Counted from the first letter of the stretch, positions 49,551 through 58,964 are shown. The stretch is 64,000 bases of DNA from Acidobacteriota bacterium (GCA_003223835.1 QHWR01000040.1:15134-79133); one strand, 5' to 3'. Translations and numbers: made by a program. Notes: generated by a model not told the origin, from the letters alone.

Positions 49551-50805
49551 CGGTGACGGCGGCCATGGGTTCGGCGGCGGAGACGAGGGCGGCCGCGCCG
49601 CGCTCGGCCGCATAGGGGAGCGTGACGAGCACGAGGAACAACATCAGGAACTCGGAGTCGCCGAAATTGTATTCGAACTGTCCGGCGGCCAGCATCGCGG
49701 CGATCGCCGCGAGCGCGCCCGCGGCGAGCGAGGCGGTCGCCCCCCGGCGCCGGCGGACGAAGTCGCGCACGAGCCGCACGATGAACCAGAGCCACAGCGC
49801 GAGCGCCGGCAGTCCGCGCTCCGCCGCAATCTGCAGCGGCACATTGTGCAGGTGCGGAGCGAGCTGGTTGACGGCGCGCTTGTCGCGATAGTGCGGGTAC
49901 ACCTGGATCACCATGTCGGGTCCGACCCCGGTGAGCGGATCGTCCTTGATGATCCGCCACCCCGAGCGGATCATCGCGAGGCGGTCCGCGTTCGAGGGAT
50001 CGCTCAAGCTGAACGTCGAATAGAGGCGTTCGGTCAGGTGCGCCGGCGCGATGGCGAGGAACGCGCCGAGCGCGACCGGCAGCAGCGCGAGCAGACGGAA
50101 GTCGCGCAACAGGAACATCAGCCCGATCCCGACGCACGCGCCGACCCAGGCGCTCCGCGTCTGCGTCAGGATCAACGCGACGACGAGCGCCGGCATGACG
50201 ATCGCCGTCCACGCGCGGTTGTGCCGGGAGAACAGCAGCCGCGCCACCGCCGCGCACGCGACGAGCATCAGCAGCCCCGAGTACGTCATGTAGTGGCCGC
50301 CGAGCGACCCGCCGGGCCGCAGGCCCAGCGAATCGTAGTCGAGGATGCCGTATTCGATGATGCCGATCGTCGCGCTGATCGCGCCCATCGTGACGATGAC
50401 GTCGATCGCCAACAGGCTTCGTCGTCCGGGCAGCAACCGGTAGACGAGCGGGACGATGACGAGCAGGACGAGCTGCTTGCTGTCCACGAGGCTGACGCGC
50501 GGATCGACCGAGAAGACGGACGCGACGAGGGTCGCCGCGGCAAACGCGGCGAGCGGCCAGAACATGCCGGGGAAGCGGACGCGCTCGCGGTTCCGGACGA
50601 TCAACGCCAGCCACAAGAGCGTCGTGACGGCGAGGAAGATGTCGGCGATGGCGATCGAGAACTGCAGCGCGGCGGCGAACGCGAGCAGCACGAGGCACGC
50701 GATCCGCTCGAGGACGTCCTCGGGCAGCAGCGGCGCCGTCAGCGCGCCGTCAGCGCCCGTTCCGCCGCGGCGATTACCGTCTCTGAACTGAGCGTCGTCA
50801 GGCAT
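49531..50805 (-). CDS. O-antigen ligase family (Wzy_C / WaaL-like) membrane protein
   Basis: Start at MPDDAQFRDG… (ATG 50805). Multi-TM, with …ILTQTRSAWVGACVGIGLMFL… and …APHLHNVPLQIAAERGLPAL…, typical of O-antigen ligase/polymerase. The upstream 241 codons of the track ORF are an Arg-rich extension overlapping the next gene. Confidence 0.78.
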   Translation of the reverse strand: MPDDAQFRDGNRRGGTGADGALTAPLLPEDVLERIACLVLLAFAAALQFSIAIADIFLAVTTLLWLALIVRNRERVRFPGMFWPLAAFAAATLVASVFSVDPRVSLVDSKQLVLLVIVPLVYRLLPGRRSLLAIDVIVTMGAISATIGIIEYGILDYDSLGLRPGGSLGGHYMTYSGLLMLVACAAVARLLFSRHNRAWTAIVMPALVVALILTQTRSAWVGACVGIGLMFLLRDFRLLALLPVALGAFLAIAPAHLTERLYSTFSLSDPSNADRLAMIRSGWRIIKDDPLTGVGPDMVIQVYPHYRDKRAVNQLAPHLHNVPLQIAAERGLPALALWLWFIVRLVRDFVRRRRGATASLAAGALAAIAAMLAAGQFEYNFGDSEFLMLFLVLVTLPYAAERGAAALVSAAEPMAAVTDVRRAV

Positions 50806-51809
50806 CGGAAGTCCCCCGGCGTGCACACCCGCTGGTCGCACGGGCGGCACGGCAGGGCGGTCAGCTCGACCGACTCGGTCGGCAGCCGCGGGTCGCGCCA
50901 CGGCGCCGACTGGGCCGACAGCGTCGGACCATAGATTCCCACAATCGCGGTCCCCGTCGTCGCCGCGATGTGCAGCGGCCCCGTGTCGCCGCCGACGAAC
51001 AGCCGGCTGCGGCCGATGAGCGCGCGCAGCTCCTGCAGATCGAATTCGCCGAGATCGATGACGCGCGTCGCGTCGCCGCCGAGCGTCGCGCGCGCCGCCG
51101 ACACGATGCGCGCGGCCGCCGCGCGATCCGACGGTCCGGAGCTGACCGTCACGCGGCGCCGCGGGTCGCGGCGGGCGAGCGTCGTCACCAGTTCGACGAA
51201 CGACTCCTCCGGCCATCGCCGGAAACGATTCCCCGCGCTGACGTGGACGACGACCAGCTCGTCGCCGCGTCCGACGCCCGCGCGATCGAGGCGCGCCGCC
51301 ATCCGCGCGTCGGCGTCGCGATCGAGCGGCATCTCGACGGCATCTCGATCCGCCCGCGGCCCCCCCCCCGGCCAGCCGGGCATCGCCTCGACGAGATCCC
51401 ACTGGTTCGCGACCGAATGGCGTGCCCTCAGCTCGCGCGGCCGTTTCACGACGCGCGTGTACATCCACTCGCGGCCGGGGATCGCGTAGCCGATGCGCTC
51501 GCGCGCGCCGCTCGCCCACGTGAGCCACGCGCTCCGCGGGCCTCCGTGGAGATCGAGCGCGACGTCGAACCGTTCGGCGCGCAACCGCCGCGCCAGCGCC
51601 AGGTCGTCGAACAGCCGTCGCGCGCCGCGCGACCGCGGCACGACGATGACCTCGTTCAGATGCGGGTTGTTGATCACCACCGGCGCCGCGTCGCGCTCGA
51701 CGAGAAAGGTGAGACGCGCCCCGGGATACGCCCGCTTCAGCGCGCCGAGGAGCGGCGTCGTGAAGACGACGTCGCCGATCAGCCGCAGCCGGAGCAGGAG
51801 GATCTTCAG
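50739..51809 (-). CDS. Glycosyltransferase family 9 (LPS heptosyltransferase)
   Basis: …KILLLRLRLIGDVVFTTPLLGALKRAYPGARLTFLV… and …LFVGGDTGPLHIAATTGTAIVGIYGPT…, the GT9 signature. The start is uncertain: there is no ATG/GTG at the conserved (M)KILL position. Either CTG at 51809 or upstream GTGs overlapping trm112 could serve. Confidence 0.8.
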   Translation of the reverse strand: MKILLLRLRLIGDVVFTTPLLGALKRAYPGARLTFLVERDAAPVVINNPHLNEVIVVPRSRGARRLFDDLALARRLRAERFDVALDLHGGPRSAWLTWASGARERIGYAIPGREWMYTRVVKRPRELRARHSVANQWDLVEAMPGWPGGGPRADRDAVEMPLDRDADARMAARLDRAGVGRGDELVVVHVSAGNRFRRWPEESFVELVTTLARRDPRRRVTVSSGPSDRAAAARIVSAARATLGGDATRVIDLGEFDLQELRALIGRSRLFVGGDTGPLHIAATTGTAIVGIYGPTLSAQSAPWRDPRLPTESVELTALPCRPCDQRVCTPGDFRCLTTLSSETVIAAAERALTAR

Positions 51810-51976
51810 GGCTCGATGGTCGCTTCGTCGATCAGCATCACCGGGATGTCGTCCTTGATCGGATACACCCGGCGGCACTGCCCGCACTTCAACGCGGTGC
51901 CGTTCTTCACGAGGTCGACCTTCGTCTTGCAGTTGGGACACGCGAGGATCTCGAGCAGCTCCGGATCGATGGCCAT
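51806..51976 (-). CDS. Trm112/YcaR-family small zinc-ribbon protein (56 aa)
   Basis: Absent from the track (<60 aa). The minus strand from ATG 51976 gives MAIDPELLEILACPNCKTKVDLVKNGTALKCGQCRRVYPIKDDIPVMLIDEATIEP*, the UPF0434/Trm112 pattern (CPxC…CxxC…YPI.DGIPVML). Confidence 0.85.
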   Translation of the reverse strand: MAIDPELLEILACPNCKTKVDLVKNGTALKCGQCRRVYPIKDDIPVMLIDEATIEP

Positions 51977-52086
51977 AAGCTCCTGCCGACGCTCTCGTTT
52001 TGTCCGTGTTGATCCCTGTTCTTCCGTGGCCAGTATTCCATAAGTTGCGCCGGATAACCTGCAGCCGTCATTATAGTCAGCGACGC

Positions 52087-53817
52087 ATGTCTGTCGCGCT
52101 GTTGTTCGTCGTTTCGCTGAGTTTTCCCGCCTCCGCCCCGAATCAGGCCGACCAGCCGACCGCGGCGTACTACTTCCTGCTGGGCAGAACGCTCGAAGGC
52201 AAAGGCAAGATCGACGACGCGATCGCCGCGCACCGCCAGGCGATCCAGCTCGATCCGAAGTCCGCCGAGCTGCACGCCGAACTGGCAGGCCTCTTCGCGC
52301 GGCAGGAGCGCGCGCCGGAGGCGTTCGACGAGGCGCGCGCGGCGCTCGACCTCGATCCGCAGAACGTCGAGGCGAATCGCATTCTGGGCACCGTGCTCGC
52401 GGCGTACGCGGACCAGCGGCGCGTGTTGAAGCCGGGCGACGATACGTCGACGTACATGCGGCGCGCGATCGGCGCGCTCGAAATCGCGCGGCGCGACGGC
52501 TCCGTCGATCTCAACACCGACCTCGCGCTCGCGCGTCTGTATCTGCAGGACCATGCCCCCGGGAAGGCCGCGCCGCTCCTCCGCCACATCCTCGACGATC
52601 AACCCGGCTTCGGCGAAGGCTATCTGCTGCTCGCGCAGGCGCAGGAGGAATCCGGTCATCCCGACGACGCGATCAATACGCTGAAAGCCGTCGTCGGCGA
52701 GGAGCCGACGTTCTATCGCGCCGTCGTCCGCCTCGCGGAGCTGTACGACGCGCACCGTCAATGGACGGAGGCGGCCGAGACGTGGTCGCAGGCGCAGAAG
52801 ATCAATCCGCGCAATCCCGACCTCGTGAGCCGCCGCATCACGGCGCTCATCAACAGCGGCAAGGCGGGGGACGCGCGCGCGGAATTGCAGATCGCGCTCA
52901 AGGCGCGGCCCGACGACCCGTCGCTCTTGTATCTCCTCGCGCAGGCGGAGCGCCAGGCGGGGGACTGGGACGCCGCCGAGGCGACGGCGCGTCAGCTCCA
53001 GAAGGCGGAGCCGAACGGCATCCGCGGACTTTACGTGCTGGCGCAGATTCTCGAGACGCGCAACCGTCACCAGGAGGCCGTCGCCCTGCTCCAGCCGGAG
53101 ATCGCGAAGCGCCGCGGCAACGCGGACGCGGGCTCCGGCGTCGCGCTGCTCCTCGGCACCGAGGGGCTCGCGCTGCAGGGACTGAAGAAGCATGACGAGG
53201 CCATCGCCGCGTTCAAGGAGGCGGCGGAGCTTGCGCCGGACGATCCGCTGCGGCAGGTCCTGCTGATCCAGAGCTACACCGAAGCGCGCCGGTTCAAGGA
53301 CGCGATCGCGGCGGCGGCCGCGGCGCAGAAGAGATTTCCTGACGACACGAGCGTCCTGTATCAACTCGGCGCCGCGTACGATCGCGGCGGGCAGCAGGTC
53401 GAAGCCGAGAAAACGTTCCGCGATCTGCTGCGGCACGACCCGCTCGACGCCAACGCGCTGAACTATCTCGGCTACATGTTCGCGGAGCGCGGCCGTGACC
53501 TCGACGAGGCCGTCGCGCTCATTCAGCGCGCGCTGAAAATCGATCCCGCCAACCCGTCCTATCTCGACAGCCTGGGCTGGGCGTACGTGCAGCAGGGGCA
53601 CCTCGATCTCGCCGATCAGCCCCTGACGGCGGCGGCGGATCGGCTGCCGAAGAACTCGGTCGTCCAGGATCATCTGGGCGACCTGCGTCAGAAGCAGCAT
53701 CGGCCCGCCGACGCGATCGCGGCGTGGCAGCGCGCGCTCGCCGGCGACGGCGAGGAGATCGACCGTGGCAAGATCGAGAAGAAGATAAAAGAGGCACAGG
53801 CGCTGCTGAGGAAATGA
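52087..53817 (+). CDS. Tetratricopeptide-repeat (TPR) protein, secreted
   Basis: Start MSVALLFVVSLSFPASAP (ATG 52087). Many TPR units (…AIAAHRQAIQLDPKSAELHAELAGLF…, …ALNYLGYMFAERGRDLDEAVALIQRALKIDPANPSYLDSLGWAY…). Occupies the position of the TPR gene that precedes lolB-ispE in many Gram-negatives. Confidence 0.85.
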   Translation: MSVALLFVVSLSFPASAPNQADQPTAAYYFLLGRTLEGKGKIDDAIAAHRQAIQLDPKSAELHAELAGLFARQERAPEAFDEARAALDLDPQNVEANRILGTVLAAYADQRRVLKPGDDTSTYMRRAIGALEIARRDGSVDLNTDLALARLYLQDHAPGKAAPLLRHILDDQPGFGEGYLLLAQAQEESGHPDDAINTLKAVVGEEPTFYRAVVRLAELYDAHRQWTEAAETWSQAQKINPRNPDLVSRRITALINSGKAGDARAELQIALKARPDDPSLLYLLAQAERQAGDWDAAEATARQLQKAEPNGIRGLYVLAQILETRNRHQEAVALLQPEIAKRRGNADAGSGVALLLGTEGLALQGLKKHDEAIAAFKEAAELAPDDPLRQVLLIQSYTEARRFKDAIAAAAAAQKRFPDDTSVLYQLGAAYDRGGQQVEAEKTFRDLLRHDPLDANALNYLGYMFAERGRDLDEAVALIQRALKIDPANPSYLDSLGWAYVQQGHLDLADQPLTAAADRLPKNSVVQDHLGDLRQKQHRPADAIAAWQRALAGDGEEIDRGKIEKKIKEAQALLRK

Positions 53818-54638
53818 AGGCAGGAGGCACAAGGCAGAAGGCAACCGCATCGGGATGGCTTGCGGCGTTCTGCCTTTTCCCTTTTGCCTTCTGCCTTTTT
53901 GCGTGCACGCCGAAGCCGCCTGCCCTTCCCGCTGGTGCCGCGTCGCCGTTTCCGGAATATCAACAGGCGTGGACCGAGGCGACGCGCGAGTGCGCCGGAG
54001 TCCAGACGTTGACGGCGTCGCTCGCGATGTCGGGGAAGGTCGCGAAGACAACGCTGCGCGGACGAATCGACGCCGGGTTCGCCGCGCCATCGAGCCTCAG
54101 GCTCGAAGCGGTCGCGCCGTTCGGCCGGCCGGTGTTCGTGCTGGTCGCCACCGGCGACGCCGGCACGCTGCTGCTCGAGCGCGACAACCGCGTGCTGCGC
54201 GGCGCGCGTCCGGCGGACATCGTCGAAGCGCTGGCGGGGGTGCCGCTCGGCGCCGCCGACCTCCGGGCGGTCGTGACCGGCTGCGGGCTGTGGGCCGCCG
54301 CGTCGCCGCACGAGGGGCGCCGGTACGCCGACGGATGGGCGGCGGTCGATCTCGATGACGGCACGGCATTCCTGCGGCAGGCGAACGCCCGCTGGCGGAT
54401 CGCCGCCGCTTCGTCGCCCCACATGACGGTGCGATACGATCTCGATCGCGACGGGCGTCCGTCCACGATTCGCATTTTCACCGATGCGTCCACGACCGCG
54501 GCCGACCTCACGCTGCGCGTCTCACAGGTCGACATCAACGTCACCCTCACTCCGCGAACGTTCACCATCGACGTCCCGCGTGACGCAGCGCCGATCACAC
54601 TCGACGAACTCAGGCGCGCCGGCCCGCTGGGACGCTGA
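53814..54638 (+). CDS. Outer-membrane lipoprotein, LolB-like by position (DUF4292/LolB-type)
   Basis: ATG 53814 (ATGA overlap with the TPR stop). N-terminus MKAGGTRQKATASGWLAAFCLFPFAFCLFAC has a lipobox-like LFAC. Followed directly by ispE. The family call rests mainly on synteny. Confidence 0.6.
   Translation: MKAGGTRQKATASGWLAAFCLFPFAFCLFACTPKPPALPAGAASPFPEYQQAWTEATRECAGVQTLTASLAMSGKVAKTTLRGRIDAGFAAPSSLRLEAVAPFGRPVFVLVATGDAGTLLLERDNRVLRGARPADIVEALAGVPLGAADLRAVVTGCGLWAAASPHEGRRYADGWAAVDLDDGTAFLRQANARWRIAAASSPHMTVRYDLDRDGRPSTIRIFTDASTTAADLTLRVSQVDINVTLTPRTFTIDVPRDAAPITLDELRRAGPLGR
53816..53898. repeat. Heptad-armed hairpin (NNAGGCA x4 / TGCCTNN x4) overlapping the lipoprotein signal peptide
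   Basis: Left arm aaggca ggaggca caaggca gaaggca (53816..53843). Right arm tgccttt tcccttt tgccttc tgccttt (53871..53898). The right arm encodes FCLFPFAFCLF. Confidence 0.88.
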
Positions 54639-54642
54639 CGTG

Positions 54643-55548
54643 ATGAAGCGAGCGAAGCGCTTGACCGTTCGCGCCCATGCCAAGGTCAATCTGGATCTGC
54701 GCGTGCTCGGCGTCCGCGAGGACGGGTATCACGAGCTGCTGACCGTGTTCCAGACGATCGAGCTGCACGACACGCTCGTGTGCGCGGAGCAGACGGGACG
54801 CTTCCGGATCACGTCGCGCGCGGCGGACGTCCCGCTCGACGCCGACAATCTGATCTGGAAGGCCGCGTCCGCGTTGTGGAAAGCGCTCGGGCGCGCCGGC
54901 GACGTCCGCGACACCGCCGTCACGCTGCAGAAGAAGATCCCGGTCCAGGCCGGCCTCGGCGGCGGAAGCGCCGACGCCGCGGCGGCGCTTCACGCGCTCG
55001 CGCGGCTCTGGGGCGGCGTGCCGCTCACGCTGCTGCGCGAAGTCGGCGCGACGATCGGCGCCGACGTCCCCTTCTTCCTCTCGGGCGGCACCGCGCTCGG
55101 GCTCGGGCGCGGCGAGGAGGTCTATCCGCTCGTCGATCTGCCGCCGCACTGGATCGTGATCGTGCGGCCGCCCTTCGGCGTCTCCACCGCGGAAGCGTAC
55201 GCGTGGTACGACGAAGATCGCGCGGCAGGGCTGCGCGAAGTGCGGGAGCTTCAGCTGCTGCCGGTGCCCTGGCCCAGCCGCGCGGCGCAGATGATCAACG
55301 ACCTCGAGCCACCCGTCGTGCGGCGTCATCCCGAGATTGCGACGCTGAAGACGCAGTTGCGCGAGGCGGGCGCGGTCGCGGCGGCGATGTCGGGGAGCGG
55401 CTCTGCCGTGTTCGGTTTGTTCCGCGCGCGCCGCGCCGCCGAGGCGCTCGTGCGGCCGCTGTCCCGCAAGGGGTGCCGCGCGCTGCTCACGCGCACGCTG
55501 GCGCGCGCCCAGCACGAGCGCCGCGCGCGTCCCTTTGGCCGCCGTTGA
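54643..55548 (+). CDS. ispE: 4-diphosphocytidyl-2-C-methyl-D-erythritol kinase
   Basis: MKRAKRLTVRAHAKVNLDLRVLGVREDGYHELLTVFQTIELHDTL… and …KKIPVQAGLGGGSADAAAAL… (GHMP kinase motif). Confidence 0.93.
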   Translation: MKRAKRLTVRAHAKVNLDLRVLGVREDGYHELLTVFQTIELHDTLVCAEQTGRFRITSRAADVPLDADNLIWKAASALWKALGRAGDVRDTAVTLQKKIPVQAGLGGGSADAAAALHALARLWGGVPLTLLREVGATIGADVPFFLSGGTALGLGRGEEVYPLVDLPPHWIVIVRPPFGVSTAEAYAWYDEDRAAGLREVRELQLLPVPWPSRAAQMINDLEPPVVRRHPEIATLKTQLREAGAVAAAMSGSGSAVFGLFRARRAAEALVRPLSRKGCRALLTRTLARAQHERRARPFGRR

Positions 55549-55693
55549 GCTGACGTGGTGACGCGGCCGGTTTGCGCGAACTGCCCGGATCCGCTAGACT
55601 TAACCTTTTGCCGACGTGCCGGCGGGCCATGCCCTTGTGATCCATCTCCAGCAACGGCGCGGGTTCTGTCATCCTTAACGAGCGGTCCGGTGG

Positions 55694-55768
55694 TGGGGCG
55701 TGGCCAAGCGGTAAGGCGCGGGACTTTGGATCCCGTATTCGGAGGTTCGAATCCTCCCGCCCCAACCA
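55694..55768 (+). tRNA. tRNA-Gln (anticodon UUG)
   Basis: 75 nt, folded by hand:
- Acceptor stem: TGGGGCG / CGCCCCA
- Anticodon arm: CGGGA-CTTTGGA-TCCCG (UUG)
- T arm: GGAGG-TTCGAAT-CCTCC
- Discriminator A and an encoded CCA
Sits between ispE and prs as in many Gram-negative genomes. Confidence 0.92.
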
Positions 55769-55805
55769 GCATTGGGGTGTCGGTACGCTACTAGAATCGC
55801 TGCCG

Positions 55806-56771
55806 ATGAGTCGCGGACAGCTCAAGCTTTTTTCGGGCAGCGCGCACCGCGCGCTCACGGAGGAAATCGCGGAGTTCCTGCAGGTGCCCGTCGGGCACTC
55901 GCGGCTCCAGCGGTTCCCCGACACGGAGGTCTCGTTCCAGATCGACGAGAACATCCGCGGCACGGACGTGTTCGTGATCCAGCCGACGTGCGCGGACGTC
56001 GATCGCAACCTGGTCGAGCTGTGCGTGATGATCGACGCGTTCAAGCGGTCGTCCGCCTCGCGCATCACGGCGGTGATTCCCTATTACGGCTACGCGCGCC
56101 AGGACCGCAAGGACAAGCCGCGCGTGCCGATTTCGGCGAAGCTGGTCGCGAACCTGCTGAGCGCCGCCGGCACGAACCGCGTGCTGACGATGGATCTGCA
56201 CAAGGCGCAGATCCAGGGGTTCTTCGACATCCCGGTCGATCATCTGTTCGCGGCGCCGGTGATCATCGACTACCTGTCGAGGCTCGCGACGACGCTCGAC
56301 CGCGGGTCGTCGAACATGACGATTGTGTCCCCCGACGCGGGGGGCGCCGAGCGCGCGCGGGCGTACGCGAAGCGGCTCGACGCGGAGCTGGCGATCATCG
56401 ACAAACGCCGCACCGACGACGGCACGGCGGAGGTCATGAACGTCATCGGCGACGTGAACGGCCGCGTGTGTATCCTGCAGGACGACATCATCGACACTGC
56501 GGGAACGATCGTGAAGGCGGCGGGCGCGCTCAAGGAGAGCGGCGCCGAACGCGTGCTCGCGTGCGCGGTGCACGGCGTGTTGAGCGGCCCCGCGATCGAA
56601 CGGCTCGAGGCGGCGCCGATCGATCAGGTCGTGATCACCAACACGATCCCGCTCAACAGCGAGCGGGCGAAGTGCTGCCGGAAGATCAAGCAGCTCTCGG
56701 TCGCGCGTCTGCTGGGACAGGCGATCCGGAGCATTCACGAGGAAACGTCGGTTTCGTCCTTGTTCGTATAG
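55806..56771 (+). CDS. prs: Ribose-phosphate pyrophosphokinase
   Basis: 321 aa. Contains …LKLFSGSAHRALTEEIA…, …VIPYYGYARQDRK… and …ILQDDIIDTAGTIVKAA…, the canonical Prs motifs. Confidence 0.96.
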   Translation: MSRGQLKLFSGSAHRALTEEIAEFLQVPVGHSRLQRFPDTEVSFQIDENIRGTDVFVIQPTCADVDRNLVELCVMIDAFKRSSASRITAVIPYYGYARQDRKDKPRVPISAKLVANLLSAAGTNRVLTMDLHKAQIQGFFDIPVDHLFAAPVIIDYLSRLATTLDRGSSNMTIVSPDAGGAERARAYAKRLDAELAIIDKRRTDDGTAEVMNVIGDVNGRVCILQDDIIDTAGTIVKAAGALKESGAERVLACAVHGVLSGPAIERLEAAPIDQVVITNTIPLNSERAKCCRKIKQLSVARLLGQAIRSIHEETSVSSLFV

Positions 56772-56773
56772 CT

Positions 56774-56801
56774 GGAAGCCGGAAGCTGATATATGGAAGC
56801 C
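56774..56801. repeat. Heptad repeat GGAAGCN (x3 in a 4-heptad register) across the prs-ctc spacer and the ctc start
   Basis: ggaagcc ggaagct gatatat ggaagcc. The reverse complement (CAGCTTCC) is the core of the 43397 element. Confidence 0.55.
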
Positions 56802-57418
56802 ACACTGCAAGCGGGCGGCTGCGTGCCGCGGGCCGGATCCCGGCCGTCCTCTACGGCACGCACAAGGGGAAGGCCACCGAGATCGCGGTCGATCCGAAGG
56901 CGCTCCTGCGCATCCTGCACTCCGACTCCGGGGTCAACACGCTCATCGGGCTGAGCGTCGACGGATCGGCGACGCGCGTGCTCGTCAAGGAGTACCAGCT
57001 CGACCCGATCGATCACAAGCTGCTCCACGCGGACTTCTATCAGGTCGCGATGGACAAGGCGATCACCGTCACCGTGCCGATCGTGCTCAAAGGTGAACCG
57101 AAGGGCGCCAAGCAGCAGGGCGGGATCGTCGACTTCGTCAATCGTGAGATCGAGATCGAGTGTCTGCCCGGCGACATCCCCGAGCACGTCGACGTGGACA
57201 TCAGCGAGCTGATGCTGCACCAGGGCGTGCGCGTGCGCGACCTCGTCCAGGGCGTGAAGTGGACGGCGATCAGCGACCCCGACATGATGATCGTGCACGT
57301 CGTGACGCTGAAGGCGGAGGAGGAGCCGAAGCCGGCCGAGGCCGCCGCCGCCGCGCCGGCCGCGCCCGCCGAGCCCGAGGTGATCAAGAAGGGCAAGACG
57401 GAGAAAGAAGAAGAATAA
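56793..57418 (+). pseudogene. rplY: 50S ribosomal protein L25 / general stress protein Ctc, frame broken near 56812
   Basis: ATG 56793 gives MEATLQA. The L25 sequence then continues in another frame (…RLRAAGRIPAVLYGTHKGKATEIAVDPKALLRILHSDSGVNTLIGLSVDG…, the C-terminal part of track ORF 55772..57418). About 12 residues of the usual …R…GKG.ARRLR… segment are missing. Confidence 0.85.
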
Positions 57419-57426
57419 TTGGTGGA

Positions 57427-57456
57427 TTGGTGAAGTGGTGATCACCAACTCACCAA
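57427..57456. repeat. Near-perfect 30-nt palindrome built from TTGGTGA/TCACCAA repeats
   Basis: ttggtgaagtggtgatcaccaactcaccaa, with a further ttggtgga copy just upstream. Lies between the ctc stop (57418) and the pth ATG (57456). The centre GTGGTGATCACC recurs at 59506..59517. Confidence 0.85.
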
Positions 57457-58055
57457 TGAAGCTCGTTGTCGGCTTGGGCAATCCGGGCAGGAAGTACGAA
57501 GGGACGCGGCACAACGCGGGATTCGCGGTCATCGACGCGCTGGCCGCGCGTCACCACGTCGACTGGGAGGCGGCGCCGCGCGGGATCGAGGCGCTCGTCG
57601 CGCGCTGGCGGACCGCCGACGTCGTCTTCGCCAAGCCGCTGACGTTCATGAACAGCAGCGGCCCGGCGGTCGCCGCGCTGCTGCAGTTCTACAAGGTCGA
57701 CCCGGCGGAGCTGCTCGTCGTCGTCGACGAAGTGAACCTCGAGCTGGGGCGGCTGCGCACGCGCGCGAGCGGATCGGCCGGCGGCCACAACGGCCTGAAG
57801 TCGGTCGTCGCGGCGCTCGGGGGCGACGGGTTCGCGCGGATGCGCGTCGGCGTCGGGCGCGGCGACGCGAGGCGCGACCTCGCGGATCACGTGCTGGCGA
57901 GATTCGAGACGTCGGAGCGCGCGGTCGTCGACGAAACGATCGGGCGCGCCGCCGACGCGGTGGAGCTGTTCATCAACGAGGGCATCGTCCCCATGATGAA
58001 CCGGTACAACAGGAAAGACGACAGCGGGATCGACCCGACAGAATCGTCTCCTTGA
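57456..58055 (+). CDS. pth: Peptidyl-tRNA hydrolase
   Basis: [30 protein letters not shown]…[10 protein letters not shown]… is canonical Pth. Start taken at the internal ATG of track ORF 57435. Confidence 0.95.
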   Translation: MKLVVGLGNPGRKYEGTRHNAGFAVIDALAARHHVDWEAAPRGIEALVARWRTADVVFAKPLTFMNSSGPAVAALLQFYKVDPAELLVVVDEVNLELGRLRTRASGSAGGHNGLKSVVAALGGDGFARMRVGVGRGDARRDLADHVLARFETSERAVVDETIGRAADAVELFINEGIVPMMNRYNRKDDSGIDPTESSP

Positions 58056-58103
58056 GAAAATGGGCCATTTGGCCGGATTTCTCCAAAGTCCAGAAGGAGA
58101 GCC

Positions 58104-58559
58104 ATGAGTCAGACCAGACAGTACGAGCTCGTCTACATCGTCGGCGCGGAGACCGGCGAGCAGGAGATCGCCGACCTGCACACGCAGGTCGAGCAGATCG
58201 TGCAGCGCTTCAACGGCACCCTCGACAAGACCGAGAACTGGGGGCGCCGGAAGCTGGCGTACGAAATCAGTCACCATCGCGAAGGCACCTACGTCGTCGA
58301 GACGATTTCCGGCTCGGGCGAGCTGATGAAGGAAATCGACCGGCGGCTGCGCGTGACCGACACGGTCATCCGGCACCTCATCGTGCGGATCGACGAGGAT
58401 CTGCGCGTCGCGGGGCGGCGGCGCGAGGACCGGCGGTCGTCGCAGGCGCGGCGCCGCGTGGCGCGCGGGTTGCCGCCCGAGCCGGCGGCCGGCGAGCGGC
58501 GCGACCACGGCGATCTGGAAGAAGAGGATCGGGGCGAAGGGGTCGAGGTGCAGCGATGA
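58104..58559 (+). CDS. rpsF: 30S ribosomal protein S6 (with a ~50-aa charged C-terminal extension)
   Basis: [55 protein letters not shown]…, followed by an Arg/Glu-rich tail. Confidence 0.93.
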   Translation: MSQTRQYELVYIVGAETGEQEIADLHTQVEQIVQRFNGTLDKTENWGRRKLAYEISHHREGTYVVETISGSGELMKEIDRRLRVTDTVIRHLIVRIDEDLRVAGRRREDRRSSQARRRVARGLPPEPAAGERRDHGDLEEEDRGEGVEVQR

Positions 58560-58849
58560 GCGAAGAACGAGGATCGCGGGGACGCGGGGGCAAGTCGGCC
58601 GACAAGGGCAAGGGAGAGCAGCCGCGCCGCGGCGGGTTCTTCCGGCGCCGCCGGGTGTGCAAGTTCTGCGTCGACAAGATCGATTACATCAACTACAAGG
58701 ACGTGCGGCTGCTGATGCCGTTCATCCCGGAGCGCGGCAAGATTCAGCCGCGGCGGATTTCGGGGACCTGCGCGGCGCACCAGCGGAAGCTGCAGACCGC
58801 GATCGCCCGCGCGCGGCAGCTGGCGCTGATTCCGTATGTGACCGATTGA
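58556..58849 (+). CDS. rpsR: 30S ribosomal protein S18
   Basis: ATG 58556 (ATGA overlap with rpsF). Contains …[65 protein letters not shown]…. Confidence 0.94.
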   Translation: MSEERGSRGRGGKSADKGKGEQPRRGGFFRRRRVCKFCVDKIDYINYKDVRLLMPFIPERGKIQPRRISGTCAAHQRKLQTAIARARQLALIPYVTD

Positions 58850-58880
58850 AGAGTGGAAGACTAGATGCGCCGACGGCCCC

Positions 58881-58964
58881 GACACGAAGACACGAAGGTA
58901 CGAAGGATACGAAGAAAACACATTTGGCTTCGTGTGCTTCGTTGGCTTCGTGATCTTCGTGATG
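58881..58964. repeat. Repeat-armed hairpin: (NNACGAAG) x4 facing (CTTCGTNN) x4
   Basis: gacacgaa gacacgaa ggtacgaa ggatacgaa gaaaacacatttg gcttcgtgt gcttcgttg gcttcgtgat cttcgtgat. Lies between rpsR and rplI. Confidence 0.9.

Noticed and set aside
55549-55693. A possible small RNA (SRP/4.5S or 6S-like) between ispE and tRNA-Gln.
   Set aside because: There is no SRP domain-IV motif (GGAA…AGCA), no 6S-like extended helix, and no clear promoter or terminator. This is most simply the tRNA promoter region.
55772-57418. The 548-aa ORF spanning tRNA-Gln, prs and ctc.
   Set aside because: Only its last ~200 codons (L25/Ctc) are meaningful. Upstream it is an alternate frame of prs and even crosses the tRNA gene.
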